A stretch of DNA of 64,000 bases from positions 18,106,001 through 18,170,000 of the forward strand of contig NC_045697.1 of the NCBI RefSeq assembly GCF_009834535.1, in the 5' to 3' direction. The notes under the pieces are model-generated. The model was not told the DNA's origin. It searched no databases and saw only the letters and a list, made by a program, of their open reading frames with translations. Positions 62,421 to 64,000 of the stretch are shown in pieces. A program made the translations under genes and the position numbers. Every line of letters starts with the position of its first letter. Within the stretch, counting starts at the first letter, position 1. This DNA comes from Camelus ferus (taxonomy: Eukaryota).

Positions 62421-64000
62421 GAGACAATTTCAACGTTAACAATGGGGATTGGGGGAGGGGAGCTCTCTGCAGGACAGGATTAGGTTCTGTTCCTAGAGTG
62501 TGAGTCCCAGTCTGTGGCATTTGTAAGTTCTTGCTTGTATTAAACTGCCTTCAATAGTAGTTCAATCCTTTGTTGTCTCCAGACCAAACTTGGGGGAGCT
62601 GGCCTAGCCTGGGGTTGCCCCCAGTATTGACAGTCTTCAGAGACCCTAGCAGATCTGCAAGACAGTGATGACAAGACACTTGCCCTGTGAGGCCAGGGAC
62701 AGAAGTGACCATGCTTGGGTGAGGCAGTCCCGGAGATGGAGGAGGAGGAGGAGGGTGGAGGGAGCAGGAGGAGTGTGCGCAGAATTTGGGACCATGTGTT
62801 CTGTGCGAAGATGTACAAAAGGAATGAAGGTCCAGTTCCCTGCCTTGGGGAATGGTACCCTGGCATGCTGCCAGTTAACTGGGACTCCAGCTCTTGGGGT
62901 CTGAGACTGAATCCAGGGATGGAAGAGAGAGTCGGAGGACAGACCCAGAACGGAGATGTTAGAACCCAAGAGGGGACGGAGGGAAACATCAGCCCAACTC
63001 CTCTACTCCACAAACTCAGGATCAGGGATATGGGGCCTCCCCAGAGCTGGGCCCTGCCCTTAGTTCTTTAGACTTTTCACCTGGGACACTCCTCACCCCT
63101 AACACTATCTTCTGTGTTTACTTTTAGAATAATGCTTTATTCTGAGTTTCTCATCCAACCAGAAGGAAGGACGTGATCTTCCCTCAGCAGCGCTGTGGGT
63201 TTGGTGTCACCTTAGATTCCATAGTTAATCCCAAATGTGAGCTATTGGCTGTGATGTTCCTTTTTCCCCTCCAAAGAACTGAGAGAGTGGTCAGGCCAGT
63301 TACAGCTCCTCTGCATTCTTTGGAAGCTATCTTGTGAAGCTTGTTCTTGAATCCAGACCATCTGGAAAAAAACTTCTAGACCCAGTATCACTCCAGGTCT
63401 ATCTGAGACTAATGGAAATTCAGACATCCAGGGAATCTAGAATGCAGCCCAAAAGGTGAATTAACCCGGGAAAGCCTGGACCCTCTCTCCAGCAGGGGAA
63501 GACCATCCCGGGGGACCAGCCAAGATTTTGCTGAAACTGAACTTGTTTAGAGACTAATTCATTCCAGGATTCTCCTGAAGGTAATTCATAAGCCTTTCTT
63601 TTCTTTTTTTATTCTTGAACTTTAGTGTTAGCATTTATTTTTGAATAGGTAATAATTATATTCAGATGGCTCAAAGTTCAAAAGTGCAAGAGGATACGCA
63701 GTGGAATGTTTCCCTTTCCCCAGGCAGCCAACTCCATCCCGTAAAAGCAGCCAGTGGTAATTGGTCATTTGCTTCCTCCTGGGGAGAACCTGCCTGATGA
63801 ACATGAGTTGTTGGTGCAGAGAATTTTCTGTAAGAGAAAGTGTTAGCTGGAATTCATTCCTCTGAAAGCTAGCTGCACTGAGCACCTTCCAGAGCTGCCA
63901 AGAGGCCACGGACAGAAGATCAGCTCTGAGGGCGGGTGTGGAATCCCTAACGGGCCTGTTGCTTCTTGTGGGATCTCAGCCAAGTCCTGGTCTTGCGCTG

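Noticed and set aside
63878..63916. REST/RE1 site (ctgagcacc ... cacggacag)
   Set aside because: The half-sites are over 20 bp apart and each is imperfect.

Overview
This is mammalian genomic DNA, most likely camelid. That inference rests on the tRNA-Ala-derived SINE head GGGGAGAGGGTATAGCTCAAGT... and the young L1 3' ends. I find no recognisable protein-coding exon, RNA gene or CRISPR array. The only ORFs with clear protein similarity are broken L1 ORF2 fragments (about 13.5-15.9 kb) and a mariner transposase remnant. The window is a mosaic of ancient repeats (MIR, L2, CR1/L3, L1M, hAT and mariner MITEs, MaLR/ERVL/ERV1 solo LTRs), a few young lineage-specific L1/SINE insertions, and microsatellites. 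Repeat family names come from recalled consensus sequences, and boundaries are approximate unless a target-site duplication (TSD) is given. Best observations: (1) a probable L1 3'-transduction at 23.6-24.15 kb carrying about 1.3 units of satellite-like tandem DNA; (2) repeated insertion into the same 13-bp site of one MIR; (3) a SINE-L1 chimera flanked by one shared TSD at 50.5-51.1 kb; (4) every LTR I can orient is on the minus strand, suggesting the window lies in an intron of a plus-strand gene; (5) a MER53 hairpin with a near-perfect miR-1302-type arm. I see no evidence for a new multi-gene system.
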